In this document: positions 1 through 18,144 of the stretch, one piece after another | Numbering within the stretch: the stretch's first letter is position 1 | Layout: every line of letters starts with the position of its first letter | Assembly: GCF_009914755.1 (NCBI RefSeq) | Contig: NC_060932.1 | Strand: one strand, 5' to 3' | DNA from: the human T2T-CHM13v2.0 reference genome, Homo sapiens | DNA: 64,000 nt | Notes under the pieces: model-generated | What the model was told of the DNA's origin: nothing | Seen by the model: the letters and a program-made list of their open reading frames with translations, nothing else | The model's database searches: none | Position numbers and translations under genes: made by a program

Positions 1-1639
1 CAGATGGGAAGACTTGGGGACAGAGGTTAATGACCAGCCTTCTGCAGGTGGGGTCACCCCACCAGCACCACTGGATTTAAAGGGAACATAACCTAATTTG
101 TACTGTCTGGTGTGGCCTACGAAAGCTTGGGTTACAACTGAATAACAGTTTCATCATTTTGAATAGGGGATCTACATAAGATGCTAAAAACCACATGCTT
201 ATTAGAATTATGTTTTGATTAAGTGCCTTTATAGACATGTTAAAACATTGATTAGGTGGCTCAGGGGAGGAGAAAGTTTCCCATTTCCTGAGCTTACCAC
301 CATGGAATCAATCATTTGAGTGGGCATTGAACATGGAGTGTTCACCTTGAAAGATGAAAGTCCACAAGAGAAATGTGTTTGACAGGAGGTGGAGGAAAGG
401 GCGGCTGTCTGTCTGCCAGAGACTTCAAAAGGGAATTTACCTTGGTGATTTCTCCGCAGTCTAAGGGCTGGCCCTTAGTTTTTCAGGTTCAGAAACTGAG
501 AAAATTGGTTTTGTCAGCACACGGAGGTAAGATCGGTTTATCGGGCTCTCAGTCACACTCACCAAGTTCACAAGAGACGGGTGTGTAAATCAAAATGCCA
601 TTTTATTAATTTACGATGACAAGTAAAATCAGCCAAGAGATCCGACACACATCCTGTTTCAAGCACGTTCTCTCCCTGTGGTGCAATCTAGGTGGGAAGT
701 CAAGTGATCATCAGAAGACAGCCTGGAGAGGCTAGAATCAGAGTGAGAAGAGGGCGCCGGCTGCCTGATTGGAAAGTTAACTGAAGCCGATGCTTCACTC
801 TCCACCAAAGGGATAGGAATCTCCAGACAGGTCACCCACTCCCACACAGACCTGGACGTACATGACTCCCTCTTCCTCCTGGACACGGTTTTGTCCTGTG
901 CTGGGCACACCTCTTGTACTAGACATGTTCTTTGTTCTGCAGTGTCAATTCCATGGATTATGTTACAGCCCAGTTCTTGATCTTCTTTGACCTTGCCTCC
1001 ACCCTGCCTACCAAGTGAAGCCAGGAAATAGACAACTGTCCCAGAGCGACCCTAACTGAGCTTCAGGGTCCTCAGTGGCTATCATGTTCTGCTGAAGTTA
1101 GGAAATGTCATGTGATCACGTGTGATCTGTGTGTAAACCTAACAACCTCCCCACCCCCAACCCGGGCTTCGCCTGCCAATCTTCCAGGCAGGTTGAGTGG
1201 TGCAGAGGCTGATGAATTGATAATGATGGGTGTTCAATACCTTTATCTCAGAACAGGGGCTGCCTCTTCTCTGTAAACCATTTGCTACCTTAATTCAACC
1301 CAGAGTAAGCTGTGGTTGGGAGCTGAATTGATGAGAGCACTGCTCAAGTCCTAGAATTACAGGCTCATTCCCTGCATTGGCACTCAGACATGATACCTGA
1401 AATGCTCAGGATGTTAGCTGACATCTTTGTGAAAAGGAAAAAAGTATCCTAAAGGTAACCTCTTTGGTTTGGTTTGTGGGGAAAGAAATCTTCCCTGCCT
1501 TCATAGCTTTCAGTGCTGCCCGTTTGTTCTAATGTGTTCTGACTTCCCCAGCTCAGCACTTCCTTAGACACCTCCCTCACCAACAGGATGGCCGTGTCAG
1601 CCTCCACTGGGCTTAAATTATATGAATAGACAGCAATGC

Positions 1640-1850
1640 AGAGAGCTTGTCATGTGCTAGACTCTCTTTGCAGCACTTTACATATTAATTCCTTGAACTT
1701 TCATAATAATCCTTTGATGTTTGGCACTATGATTTCCTTCATATTACAGATGAGGAGAGGAGACATGGAAATTAAGTAACTTGCCCAAGGTCACTAATTA
1801 ATGAGTAGCAGGGCCAGAATCTAACACCGTCAGCCCACCTTCCTATCCAC
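1640..1850 (-). mobile_element. MIR SINE remnant
   Basis: Core 'ttacagatgagg...ttaagtaacttgcccaaggtcac' matches reverse-strand MIR; boundaries approximate. Confidence 0.8.
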
Positions 1851-1974
1851 AGTGGTAAGCAGAGCTGAAAGATTTCTGTACATGTATTCAATTCTCCCCG
1901 TATTAAATTTTAGCTGATGATGCTAAAGTTGCCATCTGGGTTTCCAGGAATCTGCTTGAAAACTCGGGTATATT

Positions 1975-2355
<381 letters not shown>

Positions 2356-3808
2356 TTAATCTCCCTGGAAGTCAGTTTGTTTAAACTCAGGGGAGTAGAC
2401 TACAGAATGTCTAAGCCCCCTTCTAGTTTTGACTTTCTGAGTTTACTACTGTGGTCACCATTGCCCCACTACTACTACTTTGTATTTGCATGGAGTTTAA
2501 CATTGTGCATAAAAATGGAGTTTAACAATGTACATAATAATGTACATACCTACATTTTATTTTATCATTAAATGGCCACTGAGCTAAAAAGTAATTTTTA
2601 TTTACTTATCTATTTCCAGAGATATCTGGTATAGTGCTGTGCATAGTAGGTACTTCTCATTTGCTTACTAACTAACTTGAACTGATTCTCACTATCATCC
2701 TGTAAGATGGGCATGGAACATTATTATCTTCACTGTACAGATGAACAAACTAATGATTAGGGGGTTTAATAAGTGACCTAAAATCATAGAGTTCCTTTTA
2801 AGCTCTCCTTTATTTCCTTTTATCCATCCCTCACTGGCATGGTAAATGCACCTGTCCTCCTACAGAAACAAATTCTCAAGCAATAAACAACAGTACAGAT
2901 TTTATTTCCTAGGCAGCTGTCTGCCAGAGAAACAAGAAGATTATGCCTGGCATAATGTGTAACTTTTCTAGCTACTCATTTAACAGAACAAATTGTCCTA
3001 AGGTGGTTTTTGTGGAGCTATGAAGGGACTGAATGCTGTGAGTACGTGTCATTTTCAAATTGCATAATTGGCAGCTAAAGATGAACTTGTGATAGCATTT
3101 TGTTTACTGAATTAGAACTTCTCAGTGTTGAACAATGATTCATGCAAGATCGCCCAGGAGCTTTGTGCAATAAAAAGATAGCTCAAGTGACTCAGACTTC
3201 AACATCTTACAGTGTGTGTATGTGACTCCTTTTTTGTTATGGGGTAAAGTAGTCCAAACTTCTGCAAACCACAAATCTAATAGAGATCAAAACAGCAAGT
3301 TAAAAATTGGATCCATACTTTGGTTAAACAGGGTGTTATATAGATTCATTAATGACTTTTGCCACCAAAATTTTTCCAAAGAGATACTCTGCACATGGAG
3401 GATAAGAGCACTAAATATCTTAAGATCATCCTGAAGTTTAATTCCCTGCGGTTCTGGTCTCTGGGAACTGTTTAGCTCTTCCAAGCTTCACATTCTCCAA
3501 ACTTTCAAAGGGATGTCAGCCTCAGATGGGATGATCCTCTGGGAAAACAGAGCTCCATAAATACATCAAGTCTAATTATCAGCATGAAAAATCCTTTCTG
3601 AGGATGCCTGGTGGTAGTCAGGATCAGAACACAGGAGGAAAGGAAAGGGCGGAAAGAGATGAGAGATGAAAGAATCATGTTAGCTGGAACGTGGCCCATG
3701 GCCCATCCAAACGAAAAGCGTAGACATTTATGTTTGGCTATTAGTTATCTGTGTGCTTCCTCTTCTTCCTTGTGAAATGGCTGGACTCCTCTGCAACTGC
3801 TGTGCTTT

Positions 3809-4134
3809 CTCTCCTTCTTTCTTTTCTCTTCTTTTTTTTTTTTTTTTTTTTTTTGAGATGGAGTCTGGCTGTGTCACCCAGGCTGGAGTGCAGTGACGCA
3901 ATCTCGGCTCACTGCAAGCTGTGACTCCCAGGTTCACGCCATTCTCCTGACTCAGCCTCCCGAGTAGCTGGGATTACAGGCGCCCGCCACCACCCCCGGC
4001 TAATTTTTTGTATTTTTAGTAGAGACGAGGTTTCACTGTGTTAGCCAGGATGGTCTCGATCTCCTGACCTCGTGACCGCCTGCCTTGGCCTCCCAAAGTG
4101 TTGGGATTACAGGCGTGAGCCACTGTGCCCGGCC
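3809..4134 (-). mobile_element. AluY
   Basis: Full dimer; perfect TSD aactgctgtgcttt at 3795-3808 and 4135-4148. Confidence 0.95.
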
Positions 4135-4421
4135 AACTGCTGTGCTTTTTCAAAAATGCCTTTGAGGGGCAAGAAATAAATATCTAGACATAGTTTTAAT
4201 GGGATATTCTTTATCCCGTTCACTCACAGAAGTTCCTATGCTCAGCTAATAGATTGTGAGCCACTTGAGGGCAGGGACATTTTGTTTGACATCTCTAGCT
4301 CCTTTTTTCTCTGAATTCCTTCTTACTCTCCACGATCAGGTTCATGTTGCTTCTTGAAGGAATCTTCAGCCGAGTTCTAAATAATTTTTTAATTAGAAAA
4401 TTAGGTGTGGGGAGATCATCT

Positions 4422-5445
4422 GGGGAGGTTCCAAGATGGCCGAATAGGAACAGCTCCAGTCTACAGCTCCCAGCGTGAGCAACGCAGAAGATGGGTGATT
4501 TCTGCATTTCCAACTGAGGTACCAAGTTCATCTCACTGGGGCTCATTGGACAGTGGGGGCAGGACAGTAGGTGCAGCCCACTGAGCGTAAGCCAAAGCAG
4601 GGCGAGGCATCGCCTCACGTGGGAAGCTCAAGGGGTCAGGGAATTCCCTTTCCTAGCCAAGGGAAGGGGTGACAGACGGTACCTGGAAAATTGGGTCACT
4701 CCCACCCTAATACTACGCTTTTCCAATGGTCTTCACAAACAGTACACCAGGAGATTATATCCCGCACCTGGCTCGGAGGGTCCCACGCCCATGGAACCTC
4801 CCTCATTGCTAGCACAGCAGTCTGAGATAGAAATGCCAGGTGGCAGCAAGGCTGGGGGAGGAGCACCCGCCATTGCTGAGGCTTGAATAGGTAAACAAAG
4901 CCTCCAGGAAGCCCGAACTGGGTGGAGCCCACCGCAGCTCAAGGAGGCCTGCCTGCCTCTGTAGACTCCACCTCTGGGGGCAGGGCATAGCCAAACAAAA
5001 GGCAGCAGAAACCTCTGCAGACTTAAATGTCCCTGTCTGACAGCTTTGAAGAGAGTAGTGGTTCTCCCAGCATGGAGTTTGAGATCTGAGAACGCACAGA
5101 CTGCTTTCTCAAGTGGGTCCCTGACCTCCGAGTAGCCCAACTGGGAGGCACTCCCCAGTAGGGGCAGACTGACACCTCACGTGGCCAGGTACCCCACTGA
5201 GACAAAGCTTCCAGAGGAACCATCAGGCAGAAACATTTGCTATTCAGCAATATTCATTTTTCTGCAGCCTCTGCTGCTGATACCCAGGAAAACAGGGTCT
5301 GGAGTGGACCTCCAGCAAACTCCATCAGACCTGCAGCTGAGGATCCTGACTGTTAGAAGGAAAACCAACAAACAGAAAGGACATCCACACCAAAACCCCA
5401 TCTGTATGTCACCATCATCAAAGACCAAAGGCAGATAAAACCACA
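4422..5445 (+). promoter_or_regulatory. L1 5'UTR sense/antisense promoter with YY1 site and retained ZNF93-binding segment
   Basis: YY1 motif caagatggccg at 4432-4442; about 129 bp at 5192-5320 that is absent from L1HS and contains ctgcagcctctgctgctg (5262-5279). Confidence 0.8.
4733..4873 (-). pseudogene. ORF0: L1 antisense ORF0 homolog, truncated to 46 aa
   Basis: Translation MAGAPPPALLPPGISISDCCASN...GVGPSEPG matches primate L1 ORF0; premature stop at 4733-4735. Confidence 0.8.
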
Positions 5446-6464
5446 ATGATAGGGAAAAAACAGAACAGAAAAGCTGAAAATTCTAAAAATCAGAGCACTT
5501 CTCCCCCTCCAAAGGAACGCAGCTCCTTGACAGCAACGGAACAAAGCTTCATGGAGAATGACTTTGACGAGTTGAGAGAAGAAGGCTTCAGACGATCAAA
5601 CTTCTCCAAGCTAAAGGAGGAAGTTCGAACCCAACGCAAAGAAGTTAAAAACCTTGAAAAAAGATTAGACGAATGGCTAACTAGAATAACCAGTGTAGAG
5701 AAGTCCTTAAATGACCTGACTGAGCTGAAAAACATGGCACGAGAACTAACTGATGAATACATAAGCTTCGGTAACCGATTTGATCAACTGGAAGAAAGGG
5801 TATCAGTGACTGAAGATCAAATGAATGAAATGAAGGGAGAAGAGAAGTTTAGAGAAAAAAGAGTAAAAAGAAATGAACAAACCTCCAAAAAATATGAGAC
5901 TATGTGTAAAGACCAAATCTACGTCTGATTGGTGTACCTGAAAGTGACGGGGAGAATGGAACCAAGTTGGAAAACACTCTGCAGGATAGTATCCAGGAGA
6001 ACTTCCCCCACCTAGCAAGACAGGCTAATATTCAAATTCAGGAAATACAGAGAACACCACAAAGATACTCCTCGAGAAGAGCAACTCCAAGACACATAAT
6101 TGTCAAAATCACCAAAGTTGAAATGAGGGAAAAAATGTTAAGGGCAGCCAGAGACAAAGGTCAGGTTACCCACAAAGGGAAACCCATCAGACTAACAGCT
6201 GATCTCTTGGCAGAAACTCTATAAGCCAGAAGACAGTGGGGGCCAATATTCAACATTCTTAAATAAAAGAATTTTCTACCCAGAATTTCATAACCAGCCA
6301 GACTAAGCTTCATAAGTCAAGGAGAAATAAAATCCTTTACAGACAAGCAAATGCTGAGAGATTTTGTCACCACCAGGCCTACCCTACAAGAGCTCCTGAA
6401 GGAAGCACTAAACATGGAAAGGAACAACCGGTACCAGCCACTGCAAAAACATGCCAAATTGTAA
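5446..6464 (+). pseudogene. ORF1: L1 ORF1p (RNA-binding chaperone), disrupted
   Basis: GKKQNRK...ENDFDELREEGFRR coiled-coil region; frameshift near 5881 and several in-frame stops. Confidence 0.95.
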
Positions 6465-6527
6465 AGACCATCAAGGCTAGGAAGAAACTGCATCAACTAA
6501 TGAGCAAAATAACCAGCTAACATCATA

Positions 6528-10347
<3,820 letters not shown>

Positions 10348-10580
10348 ACAATGAGAACACTTGGACACAGGAAGGGGAACATCACACACTGGGGCCTGTT
10401 GTGGGGTGGGAGAAGCGGGGAGGGAAAGCATTAGAAGATATACCTAATGTAAATGACGAGTTAATGGGTGCAGCACACCAACCAACATGGCACATATATA
10501 CATATGTAACAAACCTGCACGTTGTGCACATGTACCCTAAAACTTAAAGTATAATAAAATAAAAATAAAAATAAGGTGTC

Positions 10581-10885
10581 AGTCAGGTGCAGTGGCCCAT
10601 GCATACAATCCCAGTACTTTGAGAGGCTGAGGCAGGACGACTGCTTGAGCCCAGGAGTTCGAGACCAGGCTGGGCAACATAGGGAGACCCCGTCTCTACA
10701 AAATAGAAAATTAATGGGCAGGGTGGCCCTCACCTATAATCCCAGCTACTCAAGAGGCTGAGATGGGAGGAGATCACTTGAGCCTGGGAGGTTGAGGCTG
10801 CAGTGAGCCATGATTGCATTACTGCACTCCAGCTTGGGTGAAAGAGTGAAATCCCATCTCACAGAAAAAAAAGAAGAAGAAAGAA
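10581..10885 (+). mobile_element. AluJ
   Basis: Diverged dimer with 'ttgagcccaggagttcgagacc' and 'gaggctgcagtgagccatgat'. Confidence 0.9.
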
Positions 10886-11050
10886 AATAATGTAATAATA
10901 TGTCCTCCACAAATAACATTTCAGTTCACATGTTCAAGAGCTGCTGAAGGGTAATAAAACTAGGTATTTTATGGCTTTTGTTGCTATTGTGGGTTAGTTT
11001 TTCCCTTCACATTGTATCTGCTAATTAGTTATTTCTTATAGGAATGCTTA

Positions 11051-11378
11051 TTATTTATTTATTTATTTATTTATTTTTTTATTTATTTATTATTTTTGAG
11101 ACAGGGTCTTGTTCTATCCCCCAGGCTACATTGCAGTGGCATGATCACTGCTCACTCCAGCCTCAGCCTCCTGGGCTCAGGTGATCCTCCCACTTCCGGC
11201 TCTCAAGTAGCTGGGACTAAAGGTGTGTGACGCCATGCCCAGCTAGTTTTTGTATTTTTAGTAGAGACAGGGTTTGCCATGTTGCCCAGGCTGGTCTTGA
11301 ACTTCTGAGCTCAAGCAATCCATCCACCTTGGCCTCCCAAAGTGCTGGTATTACAAGTGTGAAACACCGCGCCCAGCC
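11051..11378 (-). mobile_element. AluJ
   Basis: Dimer with (TTTA)n tail; TSD tctt(a/g)taggaat(g/a)ctta. Confidence 0.9.
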
Positions 11379-11668
11379 TCTTGTAGGAATACTTACTGCA
11401 TTGTTTAGGTATTGCTGCAAAAATGCCTCACAACAAACCACCCCAAAGCGTAGTGGATTATAACAACAATCTTGTATTCTCATGGCCTGTGGGTCACATG
11501 GAGGCCTGCTTTAAGCTGCAGGCCCATCTGGCTGAGGAAGTTCCTGCTCCGTGGGTCTTCGTCCTTGGGCCTGGGCTGAAGATCAACAGTTCCCCCAGAG
11601 GAGCTCTTTTCCTGGTAATGGCACAAGTACAAGAGGCCAAGCAGAAAAATCAAATGCCTTTTAGAGCC

Positions 11669-12458
<790 letters not shown>

Positions 12459-12744
12459 GGATCTAAGCCATCACTTCTACCCACATTTCATTGGCCAAGC
12501 AAGACACATGGCTAAGCCCCAAATCAAGGCACAGAAAGAACATACTGAAGAAAATATTTTTTAAAAAATAAAAAATAATAATAAGAAAGAAAGAACATGC
12601 TGAACTATTATGAGGCACATGGATATAGAGAGGGGTGCAAAACTGGGGATAGTACTTTGATCCACCATACAAAAGATTCAGATTGGTGTTCTGAGGCATC
12701 TTTAGGCTGGACAGTAGAATCTAATGGCCAGTTACCTGGGTCTG

Positions 12745-13610
12745 ATATTAAGAGAGAGTTGAGCTTGAATCCTTGTTCTAACACTTCCCAGCTGCATCAT
12801 CTCAGGCAGATTATTTAACCTTCGAGCATCAGCTTATTTGTAAAATAAAAATAATACCTATCTTACAGGGCTCTTATTAATATTGATAGAGGAGTTAAAA
12901 AGGAATTATTTAGGCAGATAGTGAGGGTAAGGAAGTCCTCAGTAAGGTTTTCCTTTTAATGAAAAGCAGCCCCCACATCATTTTCTTTTCTAACAAAGAG
13001 CAGCCTGTAAAATCAAGCTGCAGACATAGACAAGCAAGCTGGAAGCTTGCATGGGTGAAAGCTGACAGCTGTGCCACGAGGAAAAGGCTGCCTGGGACTA
13101 CGGATGTTCAAAATGGCGGCTCCACCTTCCCTTCTCCTTTACAGCCACGTGTACCACGTGTACAGTAGGGAGCAGACAACATGGCCTCAGCCAGGCAAAG
13201 ACTCCATTTGCACAATAAGATTAGGATGGGGTGGCCAGCTTCCTCTTGTGCTATGTCAACCTCACACTTCTTCCAACCAATCTGTGAGCCCTATGTAAAT
13301 CAGATACCACCTCCTCAAGCCTGTCTATAAAATCCAGTGCACTGAGCCACAGGCCAGAGGTCCCACTCAGGCACCCCTGTCTCTCTCACAGAAGAGAGAG
13401 CTCTTCTCCTTTCTCTATCTTATGCCTATTAAACCTCTGCTCCTAAACCTACTTCTTGTGTCTGCATCCTTGATTCCCTTGGTGTGAGATGATGAACTCC
13501 AGGTATTTATCCCAGACAACGATGCCACTTCAATATTACATGAATTTATATTTGTGGAGTGTTTATTTCAGTTGTGAACATACAATAGGGGCCAAAAAAT
13601 GCTACCTCTT
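12745..13610 (+). mobile_element. MIR remnant split by LTR
   Basis: 'ttatttaacctt...tgtaaaataaaaataatacctatcttacaggg' continues after 13536. Confidence 0.65.
12884..13532 (+). mobile_element. ERV1 solo LTR, LTR9-like
   Basis: TG...CA termini, 4-bp TSD ATAT, CCAAT (13277), TATAAAA (13326), ATTAAA poly(A) signal; family assigned from recalled consensus. Confidence 0.8.
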
Positions 13611-14044
13611 ACCATGATTATTGCTACAATAATACAGCAGCAAAGGACTTAGAAATATAGGTAGTATTTTTCTACTGGGACTTTAGAGGTGAGAGGAAAA
13701 CTGGCTTTGCCAAAGGGAATATTTAAATGTTGATTTATGAAGCACAGTTTAAGATATGTGAATGATCCATTGGGTGGGCCTGGCTTGCATCTCATGAAGA
13801 AAAGGAAGAGCTTATTTGCCTGGAGAATACCTAGTGAGTTTCAGAGGTCTTAAAACTAAATATAAAGGAGGGTGAGATCAAGTTCCCAACTACAGAAGAA
13901 TCAGGATGGGGGCTTTTCAGAAAATTCGCATGGGAAAACATTGAAGGAGGAAGGTGGCAAGGCACAAACAAGACTTGAAGCTTTGCCGTGTAAATGCCGA
14001 CATATAGAGCCTTGAGGTTAAGTGGTTATAACATTAAAATATAG

Positions 14045-14457
<413 letters not shown>

Positions 14458-14699
14458 TAAGAGGGAGACATGGTGTGGCCCTAGGCACTGAGAAATGTTT
14501 ACCTGCTAGGGAAGCTGCAAGTCTAAGGGAATTTGAGAGAACCTATGGGCAGAGGTCAAAGAAGAGCAACTCAGGACATGTTACTACTGGAGTTTTCTGT
14601 ATGTTTCATAATTAGATGAAACACAGGGGCAATATCTGCTTTTAGCAGATGCCAGAAAAATAAAGATAACAGTGGAAATGTGTGGTGGAATGGGGAGAA

Positions 14700-14870
14700 C
14701 CTCATACTTCATCACATTTAATCCTTGCAGCAACCTTATGGAGTTTGTACCTGGTAACCTTTTAATCTTCATCTTACAGGTGAGGAAACTGAGGCAATAA
14801 AAGGCTAAGTTAATTGTTGGAAGTCACACAGAAGTGGGAGAAGGGACTTCAGAGTGTGTGCTCTTCACCG
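14700..14870 (-). mobile_element. MIR remnant
   Basis: 'ttacaggtgaggaaactgaggc' core. Confidence 0.8.
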
Positions 14871-14989
14871 AGTCTTGTTTCTGCCACGCTACCTTCCTCT
14901 CTCAGTGTTTTTTCATAGGAATTTCCTGAAAAGCCCCCATCCTTATTCCTCTGTAGTTGGGAACTTTACCTCACCCTCCTTTGTATTCT

Positions 14990-15303
<314 letters not shown>

Positions 15304-15624
15304 TCATCTTTCTTTATATTCTGCTCCCACTGCCTAAAAGTGGATGGATTACTTCTATCTTTATGAGCATGGGACATTTTTGCAAGAAGGTGACCCTGAG
15401 ACTGAAGTGGATGGTGATCGGAGCCAGCTGCTTGGTGCTGAAGGGCCAAGAAACCTGGGCTCAAGTGTCCTGTGATCAAGAATTAGGACATGAGCCAGAA
15501 GGCACATAAACAATCTATGCTTTTACCAGTTTGCAAGCAAAGTCACACCTTTGTTCAAGGAATGATAACTGCCTTCTTATTACATGTACTGACTTCATTT
15601 CCTGAACCGATTATGCAATTTTGC

Positions 15625-15865
15625 ACCTTTGAGCCTTTGAAGAGGCTGTTTCACTGCTTGGAAATCCATTTCTTCTCTCTTCCACCTGACAGACTTCTAC
15701 TCTTCCTTCAAGGGTCAGCCCGAGTGGCATCCTTTTGAAGTTTCTTCTGTCTCCCTGACCAGCTGTGAGCCCTCTAGGGCCAAGACAGTGGCTTCCTAAC
15801 CTGGTCTGGGCACTTTAACACTAGCACAGGACTTGGCACAAGGTAAGTGTCAATACATGTTGAAT
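15625..15865 (+). mobile_element. L2 3' remnant
   Basis: 'ctagcacaggacttggcaca...tcaatacatgttgaat' L2 terminus. Confidence 0.65.
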
Positions 15866-16852
15866 TCCTGTACACACAAATATGAGTCCGTATGGAAGTC
15901 ACCAGAAAATAATCAAAATGTAATAAGCAGAACACTGGGCTATTTGTCTAGTGTTTTGGAAGAATGCTATTGCTTATTCTAACTGAAAAGCAAAAGTTAA
16001 AGATGCATGCAACCTATTTTCTTTTGAAGGAAAATTTGTCTTGCTGCTTTTTTGCAACTAAGTAAAATATGCTTGTAAAACAATCTGTTCTGAGAATGGC
16101 AAATGTTTCAGGAAAATTTCAGGGGAATAAGTTCTCTGTGATTTCATTACCTGACTTTCTTTAGATGACTGAAAAGACAAAATACGATAGAGATGAGGGG
16201 AATGGCTCCAAATATTATAGAGGAAAGCAGAATAAGTGAGCAGGAATTTGTCATTAACAAAGATTTATGCAAATCTCAAGAGCACCTTAAAAGTTAATCT
16301 TAAAAAATTCCCTTCAGTATGAGCAGATTATGATTAAGAAAATCATTCTGGCTAAATCCATGGAAAAATAAATTTTATTACATAATTTAAAGGAAAATAA
16401 TATACACTTGTAATAGTGGTTTAGGATTTATTGTTTTAGGTAAAATCCTGCCAAAAATGTTTTTCATTGATATATCTTGCCTATGTGTTTTCTAGGTTAT
16501 TTGTGAAAGTCCTTATTTCAGCTAAAATATGTTAGCTGTAATAAATCAATCAAAAATATTTTTCAAGCAAAATATTTTTTTTTTTTTTTTAGGAAAAACA
16601 CCTGTTCTTTTTGGAAGATGAGCCAATTAAATGTTGGGTTGTCAGTCATAGACTAGGAAATGATGAGATCTAAATATACAGTTGCTTAGGTAGGTATAGA
16701 ACAAAAGCAATTATCACATATAAATCTTATTACTTGATTGAGACCCTTGCTCTAATCAACTAAGAAGAAAATAAATCACCACATCTGGAGATGTGAATTT
16801 TACATATTGATCTATTTCAAACTTCCTGCATAGGGTATGAAAAGAATGAACA

Positions 16853-17165
<313 letters not shown>

Positions 17166-17228
17166 CTAAAGTCTTACAACTGTGGTAGCATTCAGTTTTC
17201 TTACGCCTGTTTGGCCAGTGGGAGGGAG

Positions 17229-17885
17229 TGATACCAGTCTTTTACTCCCACTGCCCGCAAGTTCTGGGTTCTTGTCCATGTCCATCAAAAAGGCACACAG
17301 ACACCGGAGGATGAGTAAGGCAGAGTTGGATTTATTAAGGGACAGAAAAGCTCTAAGCAGAGAGAGGGAACCCGAAGGAGGGTTGCCAGCTATCAGGCTG
17401 AATCTAGGGTCTTTATGGACTGGAAAGGGGAGGAGTGTGCTGATTGGTTTGCAGGCCGTCTTGGAGAAAGCACCACTCAGAAAGAGGTATGACAGTGTAA
17501 AGAACCAACTGAAGACAGAGGTGAAGGCTTGGCCTGGGACTTTGGCCCAGAACCAACCAGGGGCTGAAGTGAAAGCTCGGCTGGAGACTTTGGACCCAGA
17601 CCAATTAGGGGCTGAAGTGATGATTCACCCTATGTAAATGGAGACTCAGCCCATGGCCAATCACAGAAAGATAGGCATATGTAAAATAGGTGAAAAGTAA
17701 GAGCCAAAAAGGAGTGGAATTTGGTCATCTGGTATCACAGAGTTGGTGTTTTCATCCAAGGATGCGGGCTCTTTCTTATCTAAGGCCTGCAGTTTAATTT
17801 CCAGGCTATTCTCTGCTTGAAGGAGTTTTACCAAGGACCCATCCTAACTGCCTGCCTGACTGGTTTCTTCCTTCCCTCCCTCTCA
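17229..17885 (-). mobile_element. ERV1 solo LTR (MER51-like; exact family uncertain)
   Basis: TG...CA termini, 4-bp TSD GGAG, AATAAA on minus strand near 17331, internal ~49-bp repeats. Confidence 0.75.
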
Positions 17886-18144
17886 GGAGAGCTGGAATTA
17901 GGACCTAGGTTGGACCCTGGAGTTCTTCTTGCATGTGAACACGACATTACTGTATGCTACTTCCCATTTAAATTGCTCCTGCAAAAATCCCACCAGTCAA
18001 TCTAGGCCATGTTTGAATGCTTTCATGACATTAGTGACTCTATAAGATCAGAGATGGTGTGATTTTTTTCCTGATAACTATCTTCAAGATATTGCACATA
18101 GCCTTGCTAGCTGTTCATTACTTGTGGCTGCTTGTATTTTTTAT

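Noticed and set aside
17503-17620. CRISPR-like repeats
   Set aside because: Degenerate tandem units inside an LTR with no unique spacers, in a eukaryotic context without cas genes.
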